From assembly GCF_902713615.1 (NCBI RefSeq), contig NC_052159.1, positions 103,407,877-103,471,876 of the forward strand: a DNA stretch of 64,000 nt, given 5' to 3'. The notes beneath the pieces are model-generated. The model saw nothing but the letters and a program-made list of their open reading frames with translations, had not been told where the DNA came from and searched no databases. This document shows, piece after piece, positions 12,033 through 25,242 of the stretch. The translations under genes and the position numbers were made by a program. This stretch comes from Scyliorhinus canicula. Lineage: Eukaryota. Positions within the stretch are counted from its first letter, which is position 1. Each line of letters begins with the position of its first letter.

Positions 12033-12764
12033 CCTGTTTCTAACCTCAGCCCATACTACCTCAGTAGACAAGTCCTCATCAAACGTCCTTTCTGCCACCG
12101 TAATACTGTCCTTGACTAACAATGCCACACCTACCCCTCTTTTACCACCTTCCCTGGGCTTACATCTAAACCCCGGAACCTGCAACAACCATTCTTGTCC
12201 CTGCTCTATCCATATCTCCGAAATGGCCACAACATCGAAGTCCCAGGAACCAACCCATGCTGCAAGTTCACCCACCTTATTCCGGATGCTCCTGGCGTTG
12301 AAGTAGACATACTTCAAACCACCTTCCTGCCTGCCGGTGCACTCCTGCGACGTTGAAACCTTACTCATGACTTCACTACTCTCAACCTCCTGTACATTGG
12401 AGCTACAATTCAGGTTCCCATCCCCCTCCTGAAATAGTTTAAACCCTCCCGAAGAGCATTAGCAAATTTTCCCCCAGGATATTGGTACCCCTCTGGTTCA
12501 GGTGTAGACCATCCCGTTTGTAGAGGTCCCTCCTCCCCCAGAATAAGCCCCAATTATCCAGGTATCTGAATCCCTCCCTCCTGCACCATCCCTGTAGCCC
12601 CGTGTTCGCTCTCCCTATACCTCATCTCGCTAGCACGTGGCATGGGTAACAACCCAGAGATAATAACACTGTTTGTTCTAGCTTTAAGATTCCACCCTAG
12701 CTCCCTGAATACATCCTTACATCCCCATCCCTTTTCCTACCTATATCATTGGTGCCTATGTGGA

Positions 12765-13957
12765 CTATTTATTGACTACAGCTCCACCTTCAACACCATA
12801 ATCCCAGCCAAGCTCATATCAAAGCTCCAAAACCTAGGACTTGGCTCTCCACTCTGCAACTGGATCCTTGACTTTCTGACCAACAGACCACAGTCAGTAA
12901 GAATGAACACCAACACCTCCTCCACAATAGTCCTCAATACCGGTGCCCCGCAAGGTTGCGTACTTAACCCCCTACTCTACTCCCTGTACACACACGACTG
13001 CGTGGCAAAACATAGTTCCAACTCCATCTACAAGTTTGCTGACGATACGACCATCGTGGGCCGGATCTCGAATAACGACGAGTCCGAATACAGGAGGGAG
13101 ATAGAGAACCTAGCGGAGTGGTGTAACGACAACAATCTCTCCCTCAATGCCAGCAAAACTAAAGAGCTGGTCATCGACTTCAGGACGCAAAGTACTGTAC
13201 ACACCCCTGTCAGCATCAACGGAGCCGAGGTAGAGATGGTTAGCAGTTTCAAATTCCTAGGGGTGCACATCACCAAAAATCTATCCTGGTCCACTCACGT
13301 CGATGCTATCACCAAGAAAGCACAACAGCGCCTATACTTCCTCAGGAAACTAAGGAAATTTGGCATGTCCACATTAACCCTCACCAACCTTTACAGATTC
13401 ACTATAGAAAGCATCCTATCGGGCTGCATCACAGCCTGGTACGGCAACTGCTCGGCCCAGGACCGCAAGGAACTTCAGAGAGTCGTGAATACCGCCCAGT
13501 CCATCACACGAACCTGCCTCCCATCCATTGACTCCATCTACACCTCCCGCTGCCAGGTGAAAGCAGGCAGCATAATCAAGGATCCCTCCCACCCGGCTTA
13601 CTCACTTTTCCAACTTCTTCCATCGAGCAGGAGATACAGAAGTCTGAGAACACGCATGAACAGACTCAAAAACAGCTTCTTCCCCACTGTCACCAGACTC
13701 CTAAATGACCCTCTTATGGACTGACCTCATTAACACTACACCCATGTATGCTTCATCCGATGCCAATGCTTATGTAGTTACATTGTATATATTGTGTTGC
13801 CCTATTATGTATTCTCATGTATTTTCTTGAATTCTGTTTAATTCCCTTTTCTTCCCATGTACTGAATGATCTGTTGAGCTGCTTGCAGAAAAATACTTTT
13901 CACTGTACCTCGGTACACGTGACAATAAACAAATCCAATCCAATAAACAAATCCAAT
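12765..13957 (+). mobile_element. Rex1/Babar-clade LINE, 5'-truncated, nested in CR1; open RT C-terminal frame to 13724
   Basis: [51 protein letters not shown]. 3' UTR ends in CAATAAACAAATCCAATC repeats. Confidence 0.9.
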
Positions 13958-14091
13958 CACAACTTGGGGCTGCTCCCCCTCCCCCTTAAGGATCCTGAAA
14001 ACACAATCTGAGACATCACGGACCCTGGCACCTGGGAGGCAACACACCAACCGTGAGTCTCTCTCGTTCCCACAGAAACTCCTATCTGTCC

Positions 14092-14320
14092 AGGTAGGTG
14101 GGGCAAGCCCCTGGACTTCTTCAAAATATTATCATGAATCTTTTACACTCACATGAGGGGGCAGGCAAGGACTCAGTTTTAAGATCTCACCCAAAAGAGA
14201 GCTAAATTCCTCTGGTATTACACAGGAACGCCAGTCGAGATGATTTACTCAAATCTCTGGAATCGGAAATCACAACCTTTTGATTCAGCAGTGATAATGG
14301 TAGCACTGAGCATTGGTTAC
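14092..14320 (-). mobile_element. Old Deu-domain SINE, 5' part
   Basis: Continuation of 8730-8937 (..ATCTTTTACACTCACATGAGGGGGCAGG..) toward a decayed tRNA-like head. Confidence 0.5.
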
Positions 14321-14341
14321 AACATTTATAAAACTATAGCA

Positions 14342-15244
14342 TGTTGCTCGTTCTGGAGTGTGCTTTACACTCAATTGGCTCTGTTTCATTACTTAGCTCT
14401 AGAGTCGCCAGGTATCCTTATGATACCGCCACGAGGTTCAAGTTCAAGTTCAGATCAATGACTCAATACACCAGTTAGTAAGGTTCAATCAAACACATTT
14501 ATTATTACACAGTAAATTGATACTCATGCAACTAATACTAACGGACTAAACTATTCCTACCACTATAAGCCAATACTTATCTTCGATAAGGGAACACACT
14601 GGATCAGGGAACAATGGCCTCTTGTTCTGTCCTGAGACTGAAAGCTTCCCAGTTGGTATGGGCTAAGGGGTCAGGAGTGTCTACTCTCGAAGCGAGCGTT
14701 GGTTGGACACTTACTTGTCGATGTAGCTGTTGCCCAGGCCTCTCCTTCTCACGTTCAAGTTCTTAGAGAGCTGCTGCAAAGGTGTTCTGCTGGGAGGTCT
14801 GGCTAAGAGAGAGAGCGAACTTGGGATCTGTCCTTTATAGGTCACAGGGGCTTCGCGCCCATCTGGACGGTCCCTATACCTGCTTGCAATCGATTGGACC
14901 TCATACCAATCCATTGGTTTGAATTCCCCAATACTGGGGCTGTTTCCCGATTGCTGGGCGCTTCTTGGGGCTGTTTGTAACTTATTGTCCGGGACTCCTG
15001 CTGGCGCCTAAGAGTCTGGCTTGACCTTTGTTATTCTCGATTGTGTCCATTGTGCCCGGGAATCACCGGGAATCGCTCAATTAGTATGCAAACATGTTAC
15101 TTTCAGTGCTGTCTGGTTTCTCTGCAGACAGAATACACAGAGAGATTCTGCAGCCTGCTTGTCTTTCTGACATTGTCCAATTTTCCCTGCATGCATTTCA
15201 ATTCTCCATTTTATGTCGGGAAGTGGCCAACTTCGGTGGCTACA
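14342..15244 (-). mobile_element. Solo LTR (903 bp)
   Basis: TG...CA ends, 4-bp TSD AGCA (14338-14341, 15245-15248), minus-strand TATAAAGG (about 14835) and AATAAA (about 14500). Confidence 0.85.
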
Positions 15245-15650
15245 AGCATGCCATGAAACACTATCATAATTGGGTATTGTAGAATTACACTATAGTCCAC
15301 AACAATAAATTATACTGTAAAAGTACATTCTTCAGTACTTCTGCACATGATATCATGGAATTTATGTTGTGTCACAGAGTTACAATGTCAAGAGGAGGCC
15401 ATTTGGCCCTTCATGTCCATGTCAGTTATCTCTAGAGCATTCCAGTCAGCCCCATTCTCCTCCGCTATCTCCTTAGTCTTGTAATTGTCTATCCAATTGC
15501 CTTTCAAGATCATTGATCACTTTCACTTTCACACAATCATAGGCAATGATTTCTAGGAATTTGTATTTGAGTGCCTTACATTATAGAATTTACTTAACTT
15601 CTTCCATGTCCAAATCCTGAATAACCTATTACTTCTCCTTAACCTACTAC

Positions 15651-16264
15651 TGAGTTTAGAGAACCCCAAAGTGTATCATGGAGTTCACCTGACCCACAAC
15701 TTTTAATAGATTGTGGTATGGGGAGCACATGGCTCACTCTACAGGTGTAGTACAGCAGAAATGGAAAAGTATTTTTTAAAGCAAAACAAAGTTTATTCTA
15801 TGAACTCAAGTTAACCTTTTTAAAAATACAGTGAACATTTTAGCAACCATTAATTCAAATACAACCCCAAAGAATACAACACTAAGTAATCCTTTAAGCT
15901 TTCCTTTTGACATCCATAAGACTTGAAACACTTTTTACCAGAAGCACATCAGGTTAAAGTCACTACTAAAAACATTATAATTCTGAATTCTCCAAATGAT
16001 CAAGAGATAGTCTTTTCATGGCAGAGAGATTAACAGTACACCTGCTCTGTCTGGCTTCAGCTTCAACACTGAAAACAAAACTAAAACGCACCCTGCTGCA
16101 AACAACCTAAAACAAAAGTAAAAAGCTGACAGACAGCCCAGCTCCACTCACTCTCTGCCATCACTGCAGTAGTAAACACCCAGTTCTTAAAGGTACTCTC
16201 ACTACAGATATTTATATACACACCCATTTATAAACACCCATTTCTTAGGTACTCTCACATGACA
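15651..16264 (-). mobile_element. Solo LTR (614 bp)
   Basis: TG...CA ends, 4-bp TSD CTAC (15647-15650, 16265-16268). Confidence 0.85.
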
Positions 16265-17781
16265 CTACTCAGCAATTTCTGCAACACCATTCCATCACTT
16301 TCAAAATCACCATCATAACCCTTGCCTTAAAGCTGTATTTTTGGCTTTTAATCTTTTCCAATATAACCTTATATCTAATCTGGCCAACCCTGAATTTGCA
16401 TCTTTCTCTAGTTTATCTCCTATCTTCCCTCATCACTCTCTGAACTCATTCTGGCCATTGGATCCACATCTTACTCTGAGATTATTCCTATTAAACTATT
16501 GATCACTCGGCTCCCCTCCCTCGCTCTTATGTTAGCAGATATTATTCACAGTTCATTCTTCTCACAAACAGCTCCCCTTGCTTTTGAATCTGCCATTATC
16601 ACCTCTCTCCTTTAAAAAACAATTGTTGACTCTTCCATCCTTGCAAACGACCGCACATCGCAAACCTCTTTTCATATCAAAAACCCTTGATCATGTTGCT
16701 GTCTCCGAAATCCGTGCACATTTTCCTCAGATCTCCATGCTTGAATCCCTCTTATAAAAGTTCTGTCATGCCATTGTCAGAAAAGGGCTCTCATCAATGT
16801 CACAAATTACATCTTATTTGACCGTCAGAAAAGCAAACTGTCCTTCCTTCTCCTTCTAAACCTGCTGACTGCTGCCTTCAACATGGTCCTCAATGCCATT
16901 CTCCTCCAACCCCACTCTACTTTTGTTCTACTGGGTTGAACGACATCTGCCTGGTCCCATTCTTTTCTATCTAATTGTATCCAGAGAGTAACGCACAATG
17001 GCTTCTCTTCCTGATCCTGGACCATTACCTCTGGTGTTCGCCAAGAATTCTCCCTCGAGCCCCCCCACCTCATTTCTCATCTAGATCCGGCCCTGGAGGA
17101 CACCATCTGAAACCACTGCATCAGATTTCACAGGTATGCTGCAAATCCCAATTCAGCCAAATATTTTTTGACCTCCCTCCCTTAAATCTAAACTGTCAGA
17201 CAGCATGTTCAACATCCTATAGTGGATGGGAAGAATGTTTTTCCAACTAGATAATGGGAAGAAATTTGATTCCTATCACAAACCATTTCCTTGTTCCAAT
17301 TTCATCTGTCTTCCAGACAGCCATGAGGCTGAGCCAGACTGTCCATTGCCTTGCTGTTATATTTGAACCCAAGATGACCTTCCCAACAAACATCCACCTC
17401 ATTGCTATTTTCCTCTCCCTAACAGCCTGACACTCTCTCCATGCCAGTGTTCCTGCTGCTGAAACCCTTTCCCACGTCTCTGTTACCTCTAGCCTTGATA
17501 GCCCAGCACAGTCCTGGCTGGCCTCACTAATTCTCTCCTAGCTTTGTGCAGTAACTAATACAGTTTAATTGCTTCATCCGTCCACCATTATCTCTCATCT
17601 GCTTTTGATCTTGAGGGGGGAGTGGAGAGAGTGGGGATGCTGCCCTTAATTTGTCCCTGTGGAGTAAGCTTAAATCCAGAAATCTTGACCAGCCTCCCTG
17701 GACTTTCCTTCTGCACCCTTCTCCATTCAAAATGCAGCTGTCCGTGTGCTGACCTGCGTCACCTTCTGTTTGCTAATTTAC

Positions 17782-19703
17782 TGATGTACCATCAATTACC
17801 ACGAGGTGAGAATGGTGAACCAATCGAGGCTTTATTGCACAAGATGTTGTGCCTCCTGCAGCTGGAACCAGAATGGGAGCAGCACAGGAGAGCATAAACT
17901 TTTATACGCCGCCTGCTGGGAGGAGCCAGCAGGTTGGGATTTACTGTGGTACCTGTAGTACATGGGCAGTACCGTAATACATGCAATGTGTTACTAGTGG
18001 TGTTTACCACATTCACCCCCTGTTTAAAAAAAAGAGTCCGCGGGGGTGAATAAAACATTACTGATTGAGCCTGTTGGGGTTCTGACCCTCCGCTGTGATC
18101 GCTTCAGTCCTGGTGGTGATGTGGGCGCTGGCGTGGTCACCTGCGACTCTGGGCGCGTGTTGTCATCTACTACGTAACTCCTTAGTGGATCCAGTAAGGG
18201 GACAGATCCTGCTGGGGTGGGGGTTGAGTGAAGTTCACTGGAGGGAGTCCATGCTGAGGCGTTCAAAGGAGCGGGAGGTCTTCACCAGGTGCTCTCTATC
18301 TGGCTGGTAGAAGTGCGGCTTACACTCTGCGAAGATTTGGCAGTCTCTTGTTACGGTCCTGACCTCCTCAATGGAGTAGGGCAGATTGCAGGCCTTGTCA
18401 AAATGGAAGACCGGATGACCCTCGGGTGGCAGAGGTCATAGTGGAGAGCTTGGAGTCGGTCCGCTTGTGCGCTGGCAGATGTACCGCAGGATAGGGCATC
18501 AGGGGACACATTGAGCTTCCCGGGCGATACAAGATTGCATAGTTATAGGTGGAGAACGCGATCCTCCTCCACCTCAAGGTCTTGTCATTTTTGATCTTGC
18601 CCCGCTGCGGATTGTTAAAGATGAAGGCAACCGACTGTTGGATTGGGCAGTGAGTAGAGTGAATCTCCTGCTGGCCAGGTAATGCCGCCCATGTCGCAAG
18701 CTTCCACAATGGCTTGGGCCTCCTTTCCGACAGAGGAGTGCCGAGTTTCAGAGGCATGGAGGGTACGGGAAAAGAAAACCACGGGTCTGCCCGCCTGGTT
18801 GAGGGTAGTGGCCAGAGTGACGTCTAATGTATCGCACTCCACCTGAAAGGGGAGGGTCTCGTTGACTGCGTGCATCGTGGCCTTGGCGATGTCCGCCTTG
18901 ATGTGGTTGAAGGCCTGGCGAGCCTCAGCCGTCAGGGGAAATACTGTGGACTTGATGAGGGTGCGGGAAAAGAAAGCTACGGGTCTGCCCGCCTGGTTGA
19001 GGGTGGCGGCCAGTGCTACGTCTGATGCATCGCATTCCTCCTGAAAGGGAAGTGGGCGGGCCTTGTCTGCATAATTAGGGACCCACTGGGCGTAATACGA
19101 AAAAACCCCCAGGAATCGTTTCAGGGCCTTGGGGCAGTGGGGGTGAGGGAGTTCCAGAAGGGGGAGCATGCGGTCGGGGTTGGGCCCTGGGACTCCATTT
19201 TCCACTACGTAGCCAAGAATGGCTAAGCGGTTGGTACGGAATACGGATTTCTTCTTATTGTAGGTGAGGTTAAGGAGTTTGGCGGTATGGAGGAATTTTT
19301 GGAGGTTTGCATCATGGTCCTGCTGATCATGGCCGCAGGTGGTGACATTATCCAAGTACGGGAAGGTGGCCCGCAGCCCGTACTGGTCATTCGGTCCATG
19401 GTTCATTCGGCGGATGGGGAGCTGGTAGGCGGACTTCAAGTCTACTGTGGAAAAGACTCGATACTGTGCAATCTGATTGACCATATCAGATATGAGTGGG
19501 AGGGTGTACGTGTCGTGCTGCGTGCTGGTTGATGGTCTGACTGTTGATGTACCATCAATTACCACGAGACGAGACTGGTGAAACAATCGAGGCTTTATTG
19601 CACAAGATGTTGCAGAGCCAGCAGGCTGGAATTTACTGTAGTACCTGTAATACATGGGCAGTACCGTAATACATGCAATGTGTCACTAGTGGTATTTACC
19701 ACA
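17782..19703 (-). mobile_element. Gypsy LTR retrotransposon, internally deleted; same lineage as 755-2617
   Basis: LTRs 17782-18011 and 19545-19703, perfect TSD TTTAC (17777-17781, 19704-19708), PPT at 18012-18025. RT motifs FSTVDLKSAY and YLDN; RNase H ECDASD. Confidence 0.94.
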
Positions 19704-20700
19704 TTTACATTGGCAACTTGTTTCACAATGTCTCAACTTTAAAACTCTTATCCTGGTTTTCCTATCCTGGCGTGGTCTTGGCCTTCCCTACTTCTATAAT
19801 CGCCTCTCGCCCGACAACCCACTTGGATCTCAGCACTCCATCAATTTTGGCCTCTTTGTCATTCCCAATTTTATTTGCTTCACCATTAGTGGCTGTGCCT
19901 TCGACTGCGAAGACCCTAATCTCTGAAATATCCTTCTTAAATCGCTATACATCTCCTTTAAAACAGTGGTTGAAACCTACCTCTTTGAGCAATCCTTTGG
20001 TCATTAGGCCTAAATTTCCTTAGGTGGTTTGGTGTCATATTTTGTTCTACTAACCTCCTGTGAAGCACCTTGGGACTTTTATTATGTTAAAGGCACTATA
20101 TAAATACAAGTTGTTATTACTGTGCTTCTTCAAGGACATTGGACATTTTGTTCACATAGAAAAACATAGAAATATTTATACAGTAGTACTGAAGGAAGCT
20201 ATTCCGCCTATCATGCAGCATCTTACAATCTCTTTTAATATTTGCTTCTTCAATCTCTAAAATCTGGTTGCTTTTTTGCCCATTCTACCATAACAGTCTG
20301 AGTAAAAGCTGCATATTTGACCGACACTTCTAGTTTTGGGCATCAATTAATGCAGTTAATTGCTCCATCTCCCACTATCATCTCTGATTTACTATTCACC
20401 TTGAGGGGAGAGAGCAGAGAATAGGGATGCTGCCCTCAATGATATCCAATTTGTCCCAGTAATGCTTTCTCCTGTCAACTGCACAGTCACCCCCTCCTCG
20501 CCACCCCACACACCCCCTCCCCCTTTTCCACATATGCATGCTGCCCCTGGATATATTAGTCACAGATACATGATTAGTTGAGTATGCAACTGATATTCAC
20601 TCTACGAATGCAGCCACTACCACTGACTATTCCACAACCTTCACCTGACAGATAAGGGGGAAGAGTTCTCCATTTAAAGATTGAGAAATCTGAAGTTGTT

Positions 20701-22350
20701 GGGCAGGATTCTCCGTCGGCCAATGATGAAATCGGGAAAGGTGATTGGGTGGAGAATCGAATTTGATGGCAAAATTGTTGCGGGATCAAGCCAAATCGCA
20801 ATTCTCCCGTGCCTCGCCAGCAGCGTCAATGCGTTCCACTCTGTATGTACAGTAAACGCCATTTGCATATCATTAGCAGGCCTGACCCGGTATTCTCCGG
20901 GGCCTCCACGATTCTCCGCCTCCACTGGGGCGAATTCCCAACGGCGAGGTTCACTTGTGCTTTTAATAATCAGGAAACAGGCATCGTGGCTGCTGAGGGA
21001 GAGGGGGGTGGGGGGGTGTGGGTGTATGGAAAGTCCACCAGTCAACTGCAGGGTCAGGAACTCGGCCCATCTGGGTCGGAGCATTGGGGAGGACCTTCAG
21101 TTGATGTTCTGAGGCCGTTGGACAGGATTCTCCATCGGCCAATGATGAAATCGGGAAAGGCGATTGAACTGTGCCGCTACAGTCCAGCAGGATCCGTGCC
21201 ACTGGCTGGGGGGGCTTCCGCGAGGGCTGCGGTGACTGGTCCAACATCGGCATAGTTTGCTGACAGTTGCGCCGCTGGCCGGGGGGGGGCTTCTGCCAGG
21301 GCCAAGAATGGGGAGCTGCCAGAGGTGAGCTGTGAGGTCAGGGTGGGTGGGCACGAAACACCTTTGCCATAGCCTGCAAGGCAGCCATGTAGCTGTACAC
21401 GCTGCTGATAGCCCATTGTCAACTGAGTGCATGGGTCGTATGGGTGTCCCCCCAGCCCACCCCCTAGATGCTCTCTGGCACCAGCCCACCCATCAATGGG
21501 ATGGGCACGGTCAGAGTGTCAATCTCAAACCCCACGAGTCCGGCACCATTTTTCAGTGGAATCGATTGTGTTCCACATGGCACCGGTGCTAGCCGGTCAC
21601 TGAATTGGTCCAGGTGCGGAGCCAGTTTTGCTGCCGTAGAAGTCCGTGAATGCTACCCTGGTGTGAATACTCAGGGCATGATTCTTCGGCAACCCTATGC
21701 CGGAAAAGCATCTAGCTGTGGTACAGAGATTCAACGCAATCTCGTGAGATATTGCAAGGTGAAACCTGCCCACAATGGGCGGGGTCATTTTTAGCTAATC
21801 TGCATATGCCAAAATCAGGGGCGGGACCTGTTTGATGCAGGTTGCGTATGCTTCGCCCCCTCTGAAATGGCACCATCGCGGCATGTGCCGCATGCCATTG
21901 GGACGGCCTCAGGACGTCAACTGAAGTTCCTCCCCGATGCTCCGACCCCGAAAGGCCGAGTTCCTGACCGCGCAGTTGACATGTGGTCTCAGCGATCAGG
22001 AACCCGGCGAGGCGGCTGCGGACTGTGTCCACCGCCGCCACAGTCGTGCCGCTGGCTGGAGGGGCTTCCGCGAAGGCTGGTGGGACTGGTGGACACTGGC
22101 CATAGAGTGGCCAGGAGGGCACTCTCTGGCAGGTCGCGTCCGCACACGGCCGGCGCTGCGTTTTACTGCGCAACCGCTGCAGGTTGTCGCTGTGCGCATG
22201 CTCGGCCACGGGCCCGGCCATTCTCCGGTTGTTTATATCGTGGGAGCCAGGGGGGTTACGCAGCTCCCGGTGAGGGGGTGCCACCGATTCTTTTCACGTA
22301 AAACACCACAAATCCTCCGCACTTAGGCTCAGAAACGGAGAATCCAGCCC
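20701..22350. mobile_element. Composite/nested Harbinger-type non-autonomous elements
   Basis: Begins GGGCAGGATTCTCC and ends GGAGAATCCAGCCC. Internal segments occur in both orientations. Confidence 0.75.
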
Positions 22351-22636
22351 CATTTATCTCGGAGTTCATGGTTTTCAACTAAAGAGAAAGTTGCCGGGTG
22401 ATCTTGTAGTGATGCAGATGTTTCTGTCCCCCTCTGGGAGTGGACTGAGTGAATCTACTGAGTGGCACTGAGGGTAAATGGTGTGGCAAAGCACTGGGAG
22501 GTGGAGACTGGAGTGAGGGCAGGTTGTGGGTGACAACTACCCGCGATTATGACAATTGTTAGCAGTTGTGTCAGAATGGGACTGATGGAGATCAAGTGTA
22601 GGTACCGTTTCATTGCAAGTCATTTGGAAAGTTAAT

Positions 22637-22948
22637 GGGTGGGAATTCTCCGTTGCCCGAGGCCGATATTGCAATCGGCGATCGGGCGGAGAATCCTTTT
22701 TACGACCAAATTAGGGGTGGTGCCTGTTTTCAGATGCTCCGCCCCACAAAGCGGCGTCATTGGGGAGCACACCGCACACCGTTGGGACGGCCTCAGGACA
22801 TTCCTTGTAGGCCCTCCCCCGACGTTCTGCCTCCTATGGGCTGGGTTCATGACAGCATGGCTCACTTGTGCTCCCATTTTTCATCAAACTCGCATCAACC
22901 TCTTATGCCAGCGTTGGCACTTAGCTGCAAAATTGGAGAATCCAGCCC
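22637..22948. mobile_element. Harbinger-type MITE, complete
   Basis: TIRs GGGTGGGAATTCTCC / GGAGAATCCAGCCC, perfect TSD AAT. Confidence 0.85.
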
Positions 22949-23029
22949 AATGTTTATGGGGATGTTGGCGCAAGACTGAATGTTCGCCGAGGGCAGCAGA
23001 TATTCCTGCACCGATCCTGCAAGAGCTGA

Positions 23030-23280
23030 AATCTTGGTGGCCGTCTTCTTTCCAAGGGCAATTACCCACACTAGTGGACCTCAGTTTGAAGATGTGTTCA
23101 ATGTTTGGAAGTACCGATTTGTGCAAAAGTACATTCTCCTCTTTGCACTACATAAAATCTTAATATTGTTGTTCTCTGAGTAATACATCAGTTTCTCATC
23201 TGCTTCAACTCGCCACAGATAGGTGTCAATATTGCTGCTCTCATAAAAGAGAACACATTTTCAGCCAAGGACGAAATCTA
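23030..23280 (+). pseudogene. hAT (Charlie/GTF2IRD2-like) transposase C-terminal dimerisation remnant
   Basis: Translation LPTLVDLSLKMCSMFGSTDLCKSTFSSLHYIKS*..SL....SHLLQLAT fits the hAT 'SMFGSTYLCE.TFS.M..IKSK.R' motif. Confidence 0.75.
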
Positions 23281-24839
23281 TCTGTTACTTGGATGATTTG
23301 GTTCTTCTTTTTTGTAAATGTTCTTTAGACCTAATACTAAATTCCTATTTGTGTACTCGTGCTTTAAATATCCAATTACACTGGGATCCTATTTCTTTTG
23401 GATATAAAAGTATTTTATGTTAGTATTGCAGCCTGTGGGTGCATACCTAAGGTTTCTGACTTATACCCCTTCTCCAATTCCAACTCACATGCATCCTTCT
23501 GCCTGGCATGACCTGCAAGCGGTTAATGATGTGACTATAAACCTCTTGCTTTCCATCCAGCTCACCTTCCCTCATGCCAACTCTCCCCTTCTGATTTTTT
23601 TGCGTTCTGTTATCCAACAAATTCCACCTGGACGGCCAAAGCAATCCTCGGAGCAAGGGTGAGAATGGCACCAGACCTCTGACTAATAAGTCCCTTCCCT
23701 TGATTGGAACCTCGCACCCCGCACTGACAGATTGGGTACCTTGCAGTTGTTTAGAATAGGGATCTGCACAGGGTGAGTCACCGGGCATGTGGGTTGCAGC
23801 CAGGTTAGGCAACAGGTCAGTGTGTTTGCTAGCATCTCAGAGGGTGAGATCCCAGATAACCTCCTGCTGCAGGGAGTCAAATAAGGGCAGTTTGAAGCAA
23901 TTTCAGTACCACACTGGAAGCTCAGGTGTCGGTCATGTGATAAATGTTTGCTGCAAAGTAGGCTCACACTGCTGCCATTACAGCTGAGGATACCAGTGTT
24001 CAAAGCGGCATGCAGTCTCTCACGGCAGCCCAGCCATTTAGCCTTCAAAATATTACGAGGATTGCTCGTGCACGACCCCTGGGCAGTGACAGTGGCTCCG
24101 CAGAGCAGGAGTCTGCTGACTCACTCTGGATGACAGTGTTTCTGCTCCCATCAATGCCTCTCCACTAGTACCCTGGCTATTGCCTCTCAGCCAGCCGAGA
24201 CTGCTGCCACCAATGTTAAATAGGTGCAGTTTGAAGCCCGGTCCTCAAGCCCAGAGCTGCTCAATGTCATTTTGCAAGGCCTTGGAATTTAGGAGCCGGC
24301 CATTTAGCCCTTCAAACCTGTTCGCCATTCAATAAGATCATGGCTGATGTGGTGGTGCTCTCAACTCGACTTTCCTGCCTGCTCCCCATAACCCAATATT
24401 TGACCTTCTAAAGAGTCTCAGTGGGGTGGCGTTGAATGATTTAAATCCCCAATGCTGGGCACGCCCGTGAAAGTCAGCAACCTTCGACCAGCCATGCTGC
24501 AGCTCCTGAGTTAGCACTGCCATGAGCACTGAAACTTACAAAAGCACTCACAAGACAGCCATGAAGGCAGCGTACAATGGTGAATAGTTCTGTTTATTCT
24601 GTATTATTAAACGTGCTGTTGGATTTTGCAAGGTTTCTGTTTCTGATTTTTGTTGCTAGATTTTGGTCAAAAGAACGTGTGATGGGCTATCGCAGAGTAA
24701 TGGGAGGATGAGGAATAATGGTGGCATGGTGGTGAAGGGATTATATTGAAGGGAACCAGGGCCTCAGTACGCACTCATGGACAGCTCATCTGCAGCAAAG
24801 AGTTGCAGATGTCGCCTCTCTGCCTTCATCTCTTCCTGT

Positions 24840-25190
24840 AGCAGGGTAGCATGGTGGTTAGCATAAATGCTTCACAGCTTCACAGCTCCAGGGTCCCAGG
24901 TTCGATTCCCGGATGGGTCACTGTCTGTGTGGAGTCTGCACGTCCTCCCCCTGTGTGCGTGGGTTTCCTCCGGGTGCTCCGGTTTCCTCCCACAGTCCAA
25001 AGATGTGCAGGTTAGGTGGATTGGTCATGCTAAATTGCCCGTAGAGTCCTAATAAAAGTAAGGTTAAGGGGGGGGTTGTTGGGTTACGGGTATAGGGTGG
25101 ATACGTGGGTTTGAGTAGGGTGATCATGGCTCGGCACAACATTGAGGGCCGAAGGGCCTGTTCTGTGCTGTACTGTTCTATGTTCTATGT
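24840..25190 (+). mobile_element. V-SINE (HE1-like), young subfamily
   Basis: Near-identical to the 7172 copy, with a small CTTCACAG duplication. Confidence 0.92.
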
Positions 25191-25242
25191 CCTTCCCCTC
25201 CCAAGTTGGTCAGACTGTGCCTGGTGACAGTGGCTAAGCCTT

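Larger units (their letters stand above)
8938..14091 (-). mobile_element. CR1 LINE, 5'-truncated within ORF1 esterase; decayed ORF2 (APE + RT)
   Basis: Endonuclease NARSIRNK..DVVAISE; RT SQHGF, YMDFTKAFDKV, GPLLFVIFINDL, SKFADD; C-terminal LVRPHLEYC..; ORF1 VCCLPGARVRDV. 3' microsatellite tail at 8938-8960 and AGGTA TSD (8933-8937 / 14092-14096). Confidence 0.93.
15560..20118 (+). mobile_element. Ancient L2 LINE remnant, interrupted by a solo LTR and a Gypsy element
   Basis: Decayed LKK..D.SILAN.R.I.NL..SK.L motif region (about 16610-16700). L2-type 3' end TGTGAAGCACCTTGGG..CTATATAAATACAAGTTGTT at about 20059-20118. Confidence 0.7.

Noticed and set aside
12642-13724. 360-aa ORF as a functional gene
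   Set aside because: The first ~41 codons are antisense CR1 sequence fused by chance to a 5'-truncated Rex1 RT. It lacks the endonuclease and the RT N-terminus.
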